Assembly (NCBI GenBank): GCA_919903025.1
Contig: CAKKSE010000024.1
Location: 3,175-67,174 of the forward strand
Direction: 5' to 3'
DNA from: Nitrospiria bacterium
Lineage (GTDB): Bacteria > Nitrospirota > RBG-16-64-22
Length of the DNA: 64,000 nt
The notes below the pieces were generated by a model. That model did no database searches and was not told where the DNA came from. It worked only from the letters and a program-made list of their open reading frames with translations. A program made the position numbers and the translations under genes. Shown one piece after another: positions 9,520 to 18,684 of the stretch; the stretch's first letter is position 1; every line of letters starts with the position of its first letter.

Positions 9520-11589
9520 CTAAGTTCGCCCGACGCTCTCCGGGCGAACCCGCTTCGGCCCGAAAATTCGCAATTCCGCGATCGACCAATCGTAGGTGCC
9601 GTGATGTCCCAAGTTCTCGATCCGGACGTACCGCGCGCTTCTCGGTTGAAAACGCAGTTGGACGCCCCCCTCCCGGCCAAAAACAAATCTTCCCTCGCTC
9701 CAACCTACGAATGGGAAAACGTTCCGCGCTCGGACGATTGTCTCCCAGCGAATGCCGTCCGGCGAAACGTGAATCGCGACCCCCCGCGGGAAATCCTGGA
9801 CGTAGCCGCCGACAAGAAGATCCGCGCCGGCGATCTCCCGGCCTGGCGGAAGTTCCAGAGCGATTTCCATACCCGGCCGTTGCGGTCTTCCGGATCCCCA
9901 CCGCGTCCCCAGGTTCCCGTCCGTCATGTTGCCGAGCTGGACGGAGTTATGCGTGGCCGTGAGTCCTCGCCACTCGGCGGGGGGAACGAACTCCCCTCTT
10001 GCAACCGTCTCCCTCAGTCCGTGAAAAACCACATACTGCCCGAAGGAATGGCTCCGAGTATACCCGATCCCCGCTGCGCCCAGCGTCTCGGCAAAGGAAG
10101 CCGCCGACCCACGGTCCACGATGACAGCCGGATGGGATGAGTTCCGGACCTCCCGCAGATGCCCCTCGTAGCGGACTGGAAACCCGCCGTAATCAAACGG
10201 TTGGGAGCAGATCACCGATTCGCCGCTCTCAAAGGAAAGCCGCGTGCTCAGCCAGTAGTCCGCGTAACACTCCTTGATCCCATGGGCCGCAAAATAATCC
10301 CGAACACCTGAAAGATCCCACGTCTGCCAAGGAACAGCGCTCCCTCTGGGGGACCAGACCGCCATCACGTTCGCCACGTTGACATACGCGTTCGCCGATA
10401 TCGCAAGAAAGAACACCGCGCCCGCCAGAAGCCGGACCCGGCGCCGCAGGGCAGTCACCACGAGAGCCGTGCACACCGGAAACGCCGAGTAGAGCGGCAG
10501 GAGGTACCGTTCGGTTTCAATGCCGGCGCCCGACGCCGCGTAGCGGCGGAACGGAGTCAATGTGAATACGAGAAGCACCGAAAAGATCAGGAGCCCGAGA
10601 ACCAACGCGCCGTCCGAAGAGCCTGCCCACTCCCTCCCTTTCCGGAAGAACGCCGCTGCGGCCAGAATGAAGACGAACCCCAGCGACCCCGCGTTAAGCA
10701 GAATCAGAAGTGCCGCCATCCCGACCGGAAGAGACACTCCGTCCAGATGGTAGCCTGTCGGAATATCGAACGGGGGGACACCCCACATCGGCGGAAGCTG
10801 ATCCACCACGAGACGGCGGGCGCTGTCCAGAACCATCCAGACATCAGGAAGCCCAAAGTCCATCCGCATCGTCGAGGCGAGTTTCCCGGCGGCAAACGAG
10901 CCGCCGCCCGTCGCCAGATTGTATCCCAAAAACGGAAGTGCCCCGACGATAAATCCGCAGGCCGCGAAACCGAGTCCCCGCCCGTCCCGCCAACGATTCG
11001 TCAAGCCCAGAATGCCGGCCGGGATCAGGTAGTCAACGAACAGGAAGTTCGTCCACCAACCCAACCCTCCGACGAACCCGAGCACGACAAAGCGCGTCAG
11101 CCGGACCGACGGACGCCCCTCCCTCCCTGCCGCCAGGAAGACCGCCAAGAAGAGCGTGCCCAGAATGAGCGTTTCGACGTACCCTCCACGGGCCGTGTTT
11201 CCCCAAACAATGAGAAACACCGGCGCGACCAACGTCAGGGCCGCAGCCAGCCTCCCGACGCCCGGATCCCCCACACGGGTCCCCAATTGGTAAACCGCCC
11301 ATACAAGAACGCCCGACAGCGCCATTGGAACGATCTTGACCAACCATGGGCTGTTTGCCGTGAACCAAGAAATGGGCGCAATCAAAAACGCCTCAAGACT
11401 CCCGAGATAGGTCTGCCCCCAATAGAAGACGGGGAACTCTCCCAGCAAGATGTGCCCCGCCATCAGGCCGACCGTCGCTTCGTCGGCGTGGGTCATCCCT
11501 CCCACGGGCCAGATCCACGCCATGCGAAGGGCCGCGCCCGTCAGGACGAGAACCGCGAAGAAACCGGGAAATCCCCAGATCCCACTCAC
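9520..11589 (-). CDS. GT-C-fold membrane glycosyltransferase-like protein (PMT/GT39-like N-domain) with C-terminal F5/8 type C (discoidin) domain, paralog A
   Basis: HADEATVGLMAGHILLGEFPVFYWGQTYLGS (DE loop motif) plus at least 10 TM helices. C-terminus: DGNLGTRWGSGRPQRPGMEIALEL...FPRGVAIHVSPDGIRWETIV...RYVRIENLGHHGTYDWSIAELRIFG. GTG at 11589 overlaps the TGA of the upstream gene (GTGA). Confidence 0.75.
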   Translation of the reverse strand: MSGIWGFPGFFAVLVLTGAALRMAWIWPVGGMTHADEATVGLMAGHILLGEFPVFYWGQTYLGSLEAFLIAPISWFTANSPWLVKIVPMALSGVLVWAVYQLGTRVGDPGVGRLAAALTLVAPVFLIVWGNTARGGYVETLILGTLFLAVFLAAGREGRPSVRLTRFVVLGFVGGLGWWTNFLFVDYLIPAGILGLTNRWRDGRGLGFAACGFIVGALPFLGYNLATGGGSFAAGKLASTMRMDFGLPDVWMVLDSARRLVVDQLPPMWGVPPFDIPTGYHLDGVSLPVGMAALLILLNAGSLGFVFILAAAAFFRKGREWAGSSDGALVLGLLIFSVLLVFTLTPFRRYAASGAGIETERYLLPLYSAFPVCTALVVTALRRRVRLLAGAVFFLAISANAYVNVANVMAVWSPRGSAVPWQTWDLSGVRDYFAAHGIKECYADYWLSTRLSFESGESVICSQPFDYGGFPVRYEGHLREVRNSSHPAVIVDRGSAASFAETLGAAGIGYTRSHSFGQYVVFHGLRETVARGEFVPPAEWRGLTATHNSVQLGNMTDGNLGTRWGSGRPQRPGMEIALELPPGREIAGADLLVGGYVQDFPRGVAIHVSPDGIRWETIVRARNVFPFVGWSEGRFVFGREGGVQLRFQPRSARYVRIENLGHHGTYDWSIAELRIFGPKRVRPESVGRT

Positions 11590-13673
11590 GGAACGACCTT
11601 GACTCCGACCGCCCGGCTGTCGCCGAACCACGCGACACCTTCTTTCACCAACCGCCACTCGGTCGCGTAGTATCCCGGCCTATTCGGAGCCGTGTACGTG
11701 ATGCGGATCGATCGAGTATCGCCGGAACGGACAACGCTCCCATCGGGCAGCGGGATTCGCCGCGGACCGAGCGGATTCGAATCGGTCGCGGCGCCCAGAA
11801 AGATCCCACCCGATGTGGACCACTCCTCACGCCCGGTGTTCCTCACGCGAATCCATGCCTCCGCCGAAGATCCCGCCTTCATCTCGGACGGAAACTCTCC
11901 TTGCACAATGGCCGCGTCCAACACGCCCCCCCGATCCTTCCGAAGCTTGTTGAAAATCCCCTTGTCGTCTGGATTCATGCTGAACATATAGAAGTCCGAC
12001 TGCCAGAGACGCAGGACCCGGATGAGGTGGGCCTTTTCCATCCATGTTGGAAACTTCTGCCAATACCAGGAAACCTCCCCGTTATAGACCGCGAGGACCA
12101 TATGCGAGATCGGGTACCGGCCGAAAGGATCGTCGAAATTGAACCAGGGCTCCCACGCATACAAGGTTTTCGCCCGGTTCTCCAGGCAGAGCGCGGGCGC
12201 CGCGAGACCCGCGACTGTTCCTTCGCCCACGACGCCGGCGAGCTCGCGGGAAGTCTGAACCATTGTATACTGCCGGCCCTTGGCCCAGACAGCATACTGG
12301 CGCCCGTCGATGAGAACCGAGGCCACGAGCAGGATCCCGACGGCCGCCGGCCGCCAGATCCTCGTCCATTCCATCTTCGGCCGCCGAGACAAGTTGATCA
12401 GGATGAACACGAGACCCGCCGCCAGGACAGCGGCAAGCGCCCATTGGATCCACCGCGGTCCCAAAGACCCGATCCTCCATCCCACGACCACGGGAACAAG
12501 CACCATGTAGCGAATTGCCACGGCCGCCCAGAGCCAGCCGATGATCCAAGCCAGGAAAGCCCAGGAGCGGGCCGCGCTTCCTTCGGGATCGGCGGCGCGT
12601 GTCGCCAGTGCTCGTCCCGCCATCAGGGCAACCGCGGGAATCAACGGCACGTAGTACCGGTCCGGCCGGTAACTAAGGACCCCGAGTCCCAGAACTCCCG
12701 CGGCCAGCCAAAGGACAACGAGCCATTCCGCCGCATCGAACCGCCGCCACCGGGCGAGGGTCGCCGCAACGACCGCGCCGGCTCCGGCGAACCCCGTCGC
12801 GAGCGCGACGGGCGACCGCAGAAAATATGAGAAGAACGGGTTGTCGTGCAGGTTGTTGAACAACTGAGCGGCCGACCTTGGCATGCTGACCCTTTTCCAG
12901 GCCTCCCCGATCCGGAGAATGTCCTCCCGGTTTGGGGAAAAGAACAGCAAGTACCACAAACCCATCACGACCGCCATCCCCAAGAAAACCGCCGCCATTC
13001 CCTGGACGGCCCGACGGCGGTCCGCGCCCCGCGCCATCAGAACGTCCACGATCAGGACCGCCGTAAACGCGGCGACAAAGTACAGGGCCAGTGACTTGCT
13101 CACGTACACGCATGCGCCGCTGACTCCCGCCGCGACGGAATACATCCAGTGCTTGTTCCGCCCGCGGTTCCAAAGAAACGCCGTCAGCACCATTAGGAAC
13201 GTGTAAGGCGTCTCCAGGAGCCCCAGACGGCTGTACATGACCGCGTAGAAGCTTGTCCCCAGGAAGAGCGCCGAATACAGGCCCGCTTCCCGGCTCCACG
13301 CCTCGGACGCAAACCGATAGATCAGAAAGACGGAAGCCGACCCCAGTACAATCGGAATCAGCCGCTCCTGGAGAAACCCAACGCCAAGCAGATGAAAAAC
13401 GAGGACCTGGACGAAATGGAGAAGCGGACTGTAGTAGTAGCTGTTGAACTCGTCCAGCCGCCACTGGCCGAACAGAACGGTGTTGCGGGCGTTGTGGACC
13501 AGCGCCCCTTCGTCGAAGAAGAGCCCACCGCTTCCGCTCAAATGCGCCGGAGGGTCGGCATAGGGGAAAAGAACGCGAAGGAGAACGGAAACCAGAAGGA
13601 CCGCGCCGATGCCTATACCGTGGAGCAAGCTAAGCGCCTTTCCCGCATTCGCTCCCCACTTCGGCGACGGCAT
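11586..13673 (-). CDS. GT-C-fold (PMT/ArnT-like) membrane glycosyltransferase with C-terminal NBR1-like Ig domain
   Basis: LFFDEGALVHNARN (FDE motif), many TM helices. C-terminus: AWIRVRNTGREEWS...YTAPNRPGYYATEWRLVKEGVAWFGDSRAVGVKVV. Start is ATG 13673 (44-nt overlap) or a TTG immediately after the upstream TAG. Confidence 0.7.
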   Translation of the reverse strand: MPSPKWGANAGKALSLLHGIGIGAVLLVSVLLRVLFPYADPPAHLSGSGGLFFDEGALVHNARNTVLFGQWRLDEFNSYYYSPLLHFVQVLVFHLLGVGFLQERLIPIVLGSASVFLIYRFASEAWSREAGLYSALFLGTSFYAVMYSRLGLLETPYTFLMVLTAFLWNRGRNKHWMYSVAAGVSGACVYVSKSLALYFVAAFTAVLIVDVLMARGADRRRAVQGMAAVFLGMAVVMGLWYLLFFSPNREDILRIGEAWKRVSMPRSAAQLFNNLHDNPFFSYFLRSPVALATGFAGAGAVVAATLARWRRFDAAEWLVVLWLAAGVLGLGVLSYRPDRYYVPLIPAVALMAGRALATRAADPEGSAARSWAFLAWIIGWLWAAVAIRYMVLVPVVVGWRIGSLGPRWIQWALAAVLAAGLVFILINLSRRPKMEWTRIWRPAAVGILLVASVLIDGRQYAVWAKGRQYTMVQTSRELAGVVGEGTVAGLAAPALCLENRAKTLYAWEPWFNFDDPFGRYPISHMVLAVYNGEVSWYWQKFPTWMEKAHLIRVLRLWQSDFYMFSMNPDDKGIFNKLRKDRGGVLDAAIVQGEFPSEMKAGSSAEAWIRVRNTGREEWSTSGGIFLGAATDSNPLGPRRIPLPDGSVVRSGDTRSIRITYTAPNRPGYYATEWRLVKEGVAWFGDSRAVGVKVVP

Positions 13674-14739
13674 CTTCCGTCTTCTCGGTTCTTGCCGGAG
13701 AGGGTCTGAAGATGAGGTTCCCGAGGATCGTCTGATACGCCTCGCAGGGAGTCCAACACTGAGCGCAGTGTCCTTTCTCGATGTTCTCCCGGACCCTCAC
13801 AACGTGCGGCAGATTCCAAATGCGCCGGAGGTCGTAGTCGTGGTCCCGCAGATTGGCGAGAGGAAGATTGTCCATGCTGCACGGGTACACAACACCGGTC
13901 GGATCGATGAAGCACGAGGCGGACAAGGCTTTGCAGGGCATGGGCGTCCTTCCAGTCGCGAGGAACCCTCCGATCCGTGATTGATAGACCCGCTCCACGA
14001 AGGCAACCGGATGCAGACGGCGCCGCCGGTGCGCCCGGTACCAGTGGAGCGATTCCTCTATGTCCCGCTGGGACAAACTGGCCATCCCCGTGTTCTCATA
14101 ATAGTGCTCGGACTGGTGCGCGACATTGACGTGAAGCTCATCCGCGGTAATGTTCGGAATCCGGCCGCGGACAGCCTCCAGCGTCTCTTGAATCTTGTCG
14201 AAGTTCCTGGGAGTCAATGTCATGCCGAGGTATGCCTCGAACCGGCCAGATCTCATTTCGCGCAGCCGCGCAAACGTCCGAACCGATTTCTCCCAACTTC
14301 CCTTCACCCCCCGCAGGTGCTCGTGGACCGCCTCGTCTCCGTCCAGACTTACGGTGACGATCAGTTTCTTCGGGTGTCTCGCCAGGATCTGTTCCACCCC
14401 GTCCACGATCAGGTCGGTCATGACCCCGTTTGTCGGGAAATCCAGGACGTACAGCGCTTTGCATCGGTCCATGATGACGTCGACGATGCGTGTGAAGTCC
14501 CCCCGAAGGAAGACCTCGCCACCGCTCAGGTTGATCCAGGAGAAATCGGCGTTCCGGCTGAAGAAGCGGTCGTATTCCTCAAGAGACAACTCATCCCGCG
14601 CTTCCCGCTGCCAGATATTGCACATCTGGCAGCGCAGGTTGCACCGGTACGTCAAGATCAGCGTAAGCTTATAGGGAAAGGCAAGCCGCCGGACGTTCGA
14701 CGCCAGGATCGCCGTTGCCAGCTTAAGCGTTTTGCGCAC
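13630..14739 (-). CDS. Radical SAM protein with SPASM domain #1
   Basis: CNLRCQMC (CX3CX2C) near the N-terminus; C-terminal Cys cluster CKALSASCFIDPTGVVYPCSMD...CAQCWTPCEAY. Confidence 0.8.
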   Translation of the reverse strand: MRKTLKLATAILASNVRRLAFPYKLTLILTYRCNLRCQMCNIWQREARDELSLEEYDRFFSRNADFSWINLSGGEVFLRGDFTRIVDVIMDRCKALYVLDFPTNGVMTDLIVDGVEQILARHPKKLIVTVSLDGDEAVHEHLRGVKGSWEKSVRTFARLREMRSGRFEAYLGMTLTPRNFDKIQETLEAVRGRIPNITADELHVNVAHQSEHYYENTGMASLSQRDIEESLHWYRAHRRRRLHPVAFVERVYQSRIGGFLATGRTPMPCKALSASCFIDPTGVVYPCSMDNLPLANLRDHDYDLRRIWNLPHVVRVRENIEKGHCAQCWTPCEAYQTILGNLIFRPSPARTEKTEDAVAEVGSECGKGA

Positions 14740-15934
14740 CAGCGTACTCCGTGTTCTTCCCCCGGTCGGGTGTCTGCGCGAACATGCGCACCACCTCCCG
14801 CATGACCTCGTCGACCGTGATGCGCTTCATGCAAACCGGGTCGTTGCAGTTGCTGCTCTTCGCGTTGAAGTTCGTGATGCACGGACTGCACGGAAGAGCC
14901 TTGTAAAAAACGTGGCAGGGACCCAACCGGGGCCCATACAAAACCGGCGTATTGGGTCCGTAGAAACCCATGCAAGGAGTTCCCATCGCAGCCGCCAGGT
15001 GAATCGGGGCCGTATCGTTCGAGAGAAAGATCGCGCAACGCCTCATCAGGGCCGCAAGCTGGGAAAGCGTCAGGGTTCCGCTCGCGTCAACGGCTGATCC
15101 AGCGGGCATGCGGCCCAGCGCATCCGCGATCAGCCCCCGTTCTGCGGGCGTCCCCGTGAAAACGATCCGGGCGCCGTACTCCCGATGGAGCCTCGCTCCC
15201 ACCTCCGCGAACCGATCGATCGGCCACCTCCGTTGGGGAAAGTTCTCTCCGGACCCGGGATGAATCCCCACGATCGGATCTCCCTCCCCCACTCCGCAAT
15301 CCGCCAGAAACTGTTGCACTCGCTCATCATCCCCCGGAGCGAGATGCATCGGAACGGCGGCCGCGTCCCGGCAATCCACGCCGATCATCCGCGCCACGTC
15401 ATTGAAAGTATGGTACGAGTGCTGGTGGTCGTTGTATGGAATCCGGTGCGTATAGACGAACCCCCGGCCCTGGCCCGCCGTATCCAGGCCGGCTCTCCTG
15501 CGGCCGCCGCTCAACCACGCCAGAAGCGCGGTCGTCCTCGAGAATTGGTCGAAATCCAGGACCCAGTCGAAGGACAGCCCCCGAATCCGGCGAATCGTCC
15601 GCACCGAGCTCGCGAAGAACCGCAACACCCCGGACACGTCGAGGTAGACGGCCTCGTCAACGTCCGGATTCCTGTCGAGAGCCCCCCGGTTGGGGGAAAG
15701 CGTCAGGAACACGATCCGGGCACTTGGATACCTCTCGCGGATGCCGCGGACTACCGGCTGAAGGATGATCAGGTTCCCAATTCCCCACGACTTGATGAGG
15801 AGGATTCGTTCGATCTCGCGCTCGTCCCCGGACCAGACGATCCTGGACCACAGCCGGCCCGCGGTCCCAAGGAGGAAGCAGAGCGGAATCCCGACGAAGT
15901 AGTCGAGCTTCTTCATGAACCACAGCCGGATCAT
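14723..15934 (-). CDS. GT9-family glycosyltransferase (heptosyltransferase-like) #3
   Basis: ILLIKSWGIGNLIILQP; AIFLSNDTAPIHLAAAMGTPCMGFYGPNTP; C-terminal CSPCITNFNAKSSNCNDPVC. Confidence 0.8.
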   Translation of the reverse strand: MIRLWFMKKLDYFVGIPLCFLLGTAGRLWSRIVWSGDEREIERILLIKSWGIGNLIILQPVVRGIRERYPSARIVFLTLSPNRGALDRNPDVDEAVYLDVSGVLRFFASSVRTIRRIRGLSFDWVLDFDQFSRTTALLAWLSGGRRRAGLDTAGQGRGFVYTHRIPYNDHQHSYHTFNDVARMIGVDCRDAAAVPMHLAPGDDERVQQFLADCGVGEGDPIVGIHPGSGENFPQRRWPIDRFAEVGARLHREYGARIVFTGTPAERGLIADALGRMPAGSAVDASGTLTLSQLAALMRRCAIFLSNDTAPIHLAAAMGTPCMGFYGPNTPVLYGPRLGPCHVFYKALPCSPCITNFNAKSSNCNDPVCMKRITVDEVMREVVRMFAQTPDRGKNTEYAGAQNA

Positions 15935-16000
15935 TCCGTTAGACTGCGCTCCTCAGCAGGGCCGTTCCTGCATGCATCCACCCCGCGCTCATCGCGATGA

Positions 16001-17545
16001 CTAGATCGCCACTTTCCGCGAGAGGCTAAGCTCGTCCGATCCTCGGCCCGTTGCCCTCCTCTTCGCGCCGATGCCGACCAACCCGCCCGCCTTGAATCTG
16101 ATGAGAGTGAGGAAGAGAATGAAATATCGCCAGACGTCTCCGAAGGACCGGATGCTTCCCAATACTTTCGGAATCTTCCGCGTCCATCGGATCGACTTCT
16201 TGGCGACCGAAAAGCGGACCATGATCTCGCACAGTTGTCCCCATGTCAACCGGTCCAAATAGAGCGGCGCGTGCCCCTGCGCGGCCGGAAGGACGATGGC
16301 CCGGCGGTCGTTCTCGATCGACCAGGAGAAATCCTTCGGGATATTACCCTCCGCCCGCGCGCGCTCCTCCAGCGGGGTCCCCGGGTAGACGTGGAGGATC
16401 GCGACGCTCGTTTCGCACTTACCCTCCAGATCCTCGATGATCGACATCGTCTCCCTGGCCTCGTTCCAAGTTTCCGTAGGGTGGCTGAAGATGAAGAAGG
16501 GATTGGCGTTGACGCCGAACTCTCCGCACCATTCGATCACGTCGTAGGCCTGGCCCAGCGTGGCTTTCTTTGTGATTATGTCGCGGCAGATTCGCTCCGA
16601 TCCGGACTCGATCCCGAATCCGACGTGGTAGAGCCCCGCCTCCACCATCTTGGCAAACAGAGACTTGTTCAGAATATCAACGCGGACCTCGCAAAACCAC
16701 TTGATTCCAAGCCGCCGCTCGATGATGAGATCGCAGATGGCGGCGGTCCGCGCCCGGCTGAAGTTGAACGTGTCGTCGTAGAACCAGATGACGCGGCTCC
16801 CATACCGGTCCGCGAGGTGTTCGACCTCCGCCACGACCTTCTCCGGGCTGAGAGACCGGACTTTCGTTCCCCAGTTCGACGGTGTCGCGCAGAACTTGCA
16901 CGTAAACGGGCACCCGCGGCTCGTCATCATGTTTCCGGCTGGAAGGAGACCGTGCCCCGGAACTTCCATGCTAAAATTGTACCGCCCCCATGGCTCCAGG
17001 TGCCGGGCGGGAAGGGGAAGGCTGTTCAGGTCGGCGATGAGGGGGCGCGGGGAGTTCTCCTGAATCGTTCCATCCGGCCGCCGGAAGGAAAGGCCGGCGA
17101 CCCGGCCGAGATCGCCCACCGCTCCGAGACAGCGGACGAGATCCCGCATCGTCTCCTCCCCCTCCCCCGAGATCACGGCATCCACCGCCGGAACGTGCGC
17201 CAAGGTATCGCGCGCCGTGTTCTTGAGATGAGGTCCGCCAAGGACGGTCAGGGCCGGCGGAAACGCCGCCTTGGCGGTTTCCGCCACCCTGAAGCTCAGG
17301 AACCTGTTCTCCGTCGTCGTGGTGATTCCTACCACGTCGGGGCGGTCCGTTTCGATCTTCCGGGCCAGCTCTTGCCACGAAAGGTCCAGGACGTGAGAGG
17401 GAACGATCTCTACATCAATGCCGTCCGTCTCCAGAACGGCCGCGATATACTGAATCCCCAGAGCGGGCATCATCGATCCGCCCGACCAACGCTCCGCGAA
17501 GTACCCCCCGGGGGGAACAATAAGCATGACCCTCGGAATCTTCAC
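16001..17545 (-). CDS. B12-binding (class B) radical SAM enzyme
   Basis: N-terminal B12-binding-like Rossmann region (MLIVPPGG...GITTTTEN...VLGGPHL) followed by TSRGCPFTCKFC (CX3CX2C). 514 aa. GTG start at 17545 after AGGAG. Confidence 0.8.
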   Translation of the reverse strand: MKIPRVMLIVPPGGYFAERWSGGSMMPALGIQYIAAVLETDGIDVEIVPSHVLDLSWQELARKIETDRPDVVGITTTTENRFLSFRVAETAKAAFPPALTVLGGPHLKNTARDTLAHVPAVDAVISGEGEETMRDLVRCLGAVGDLGRVAGLSFRRPDGTIQENSPRPLIADLNSLPLPARHLEPWGRYNFSMEVPGHGLLPAGNMMTSRGCPFTCKFCATPSNWGTKVRSLSPEKVVAEVEHLADRYGSRVIWFYDDTFNFSRARTAAICDLIIERRLGIKWFCEVRVDILNKSLFAKMVEAGLYHVGFGIESGSERICRDIITKKATLGQAYDVIEWCGEFGVNANPFFIFSHPTETWNEARETMSIIEDLEGKCETSVAILHVYPGTPLEERARAEGNIPKDFSWSIENDRRAIVLPAAQGHAPLYLDRLTWGQLCEIMVRFSVAKKSIRWTRKIPKVLGSIRSFGDVWRYFILFLTLIRFKAGGLVGIGAKRRATGRGSDELSLSRKVAI

Positions 17546-17560
17546 GGAACGCTCCTAGGC

Positions 17561-17602
17561 AATCAAATAGAAAGACCCCGAGTTGGCAGATACCTCGGGG
17601 TC
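17561..17602 (-). terminator. Rho-independent terminator/attenuator hairpin between the lipoprotein gene and the B12-rSAM gene
   Basis: GACCCCGAG (17574-17582), an 11-nt loop, then CTCGGGGTC (17594-17602). On the minus strand this is followed by TTTCTATTTGATT. Confidence 0.5.
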
Positions 17603-17696
17603 TCTCCTGCCCAGACTGCTGGGCCTAATCAGAATAGAGCCACGATCAGGTTGGCGCAACCGCTGTCACGAATAACCGAGTTGATCCTCTTCGGCT

Positions 17697-18326
17697 CTAC
17701 AGTGCGCTTCCCGGACAGCCTTTTGGCCGGCACGATGCGACATTCCTTCCGTCGCAGACAGCCGTTGCCACCGGGTTGCACGCGGAATCTCTGCACCGAT
17801 CGCACGGAACCCCCGGATTGCAGGCGTCGTCCAACCCGACGGTGCAGTCCCAACCCCTCTCCCCTTTCTTGCCGCCGCCACCCCCGCTCGTACCGGGCTT
17901 CGAGAGGCCAATTCTGTTCCGCATGACTCCGCCGGATGACGCCGTGAACTGTTCCGCAGCCGTATCGTATCCCGATTTGCTCACCGCGATGGTGTGGGTT
18001 CCCGGATCAACGACTACCTCGTAGTACCCGTTGCTGTTTGTCGTCGTTGTCACGGGGTCGCTGGTCACGGTCACCGTCGCACCCGCGATCCCCGCCGAGG
18101 GAGACCCCTCATAGACGGTTCCATACAGAACGAACTTCCCGGCAACCGCTGGCGGAGCCGATGCGTCGGACGTATTGCTGCTCGTGGCTGTTGTGCCCGT
18201 GGGGCTGTTGCTTTCTTGCACATCCACTTTCCCGCAACCTTCAACCAGTACCAGCAGAATCAACGCCAGAAGAACCAGCGTTTTCCCCAAAACGCCTTCC
18301 CGTAATCCTTTGGTGCCGGAAGCCAT
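17697..18326 (-). CDS. Secreted/lipoprotein with carboxypeptidase-regulatory-like beta domain and Cys-rich C-terminus
   Basis: MASGTKGLREGVLGKTLVLLALILLVLVEGCGK signal. GTVYEGSPSAGIAGATVTVTSD...NSNGYYEV (CarboxypepD_reg-like). C-terminal 48 aa contain 8 Cys, including a repeated ACNP. Confidence 0.6.
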   Translation of the reverse strand: MASGTKGLREGVLGKTLVLLALILLVLVEGCGKVDVQESNSPTGTTATSSNTSDASAPPAVAGKFVLYGTVYEGSPSAGIAGATVTVTSDPVTTTTNSNGYYEVVVDPGTHTIAVSKSGYDTAAEQFTASSGGVMRNRIGLSKPGTSGGGGGKKGERGWDCTVGLDDACNPGVPCDRCRDSACNPVATAVCDGRNVASCRPKGCPGSAL

Positions 18327-18365
18327 ATCCCTACCCCCCAAATGTGGGCCGAATTTTCGTAATGG

Positions 18366-18395
18366 ATATTCGCATCACGACGGGCCAGAAGTCAA
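18366..18395 (-). promoter_or_regulatory. Candidate sigma70-like promoter for the minus-strand lipoprotein gene
   Basis: On the minus strand TTGACT-N18-GAATAT sits within an AT-richer islet upstream of the ATG at 18326. Confidence 0.25.
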
Positions 18396-18592
18396 TAAAT
18401 TTCTTGGCATTTTTGCCCCTCCGGTTATTCCATCCATCAGCGGTCGCGTCGGCTCCTCGGCCACACGCTCCAATCCAACCCCGAACATCTCAGGCGGGTT
18501 CGGATCTGGCACGGTCCTCCAAACCGGGCACCCTGACCGGAAACGGGTTCAAGGCAAAGACCCCGCCTATCGAGTCAAACACAGAAAGTCCT

Positions 18593-18622
18593 GTTGACCC
18601 AACCAGCGTTTGCATGCTATAA
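18593..18622 (+). promoter_or_regulatory. Candidate sigma70-like promoter for the plus-strand lipoprotein gene
   Basis: TTGACC (18593-18598), an 18-nt spacer, then TATAAG (18617-18622), about 60 nt upstream of GGAGG-N10-ATG (18685). Confidence 0.35.
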
Positions 18623-18684
18623 GGACAACCCTTTTCGATTAGCATCCTCGTCCACGACTTGCAAACAATTGGAGGATCTCTATC

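Noticed and set aside
16235-17926. 563-aa plus-strand ORF
   Set aside because: It is antisense to the B12-radical-SAM gene, which has clear CX3CX2C and B12-binding features. Its Arg/Pro-rich low-complexity translation is typical of GC-rich antisense frames.
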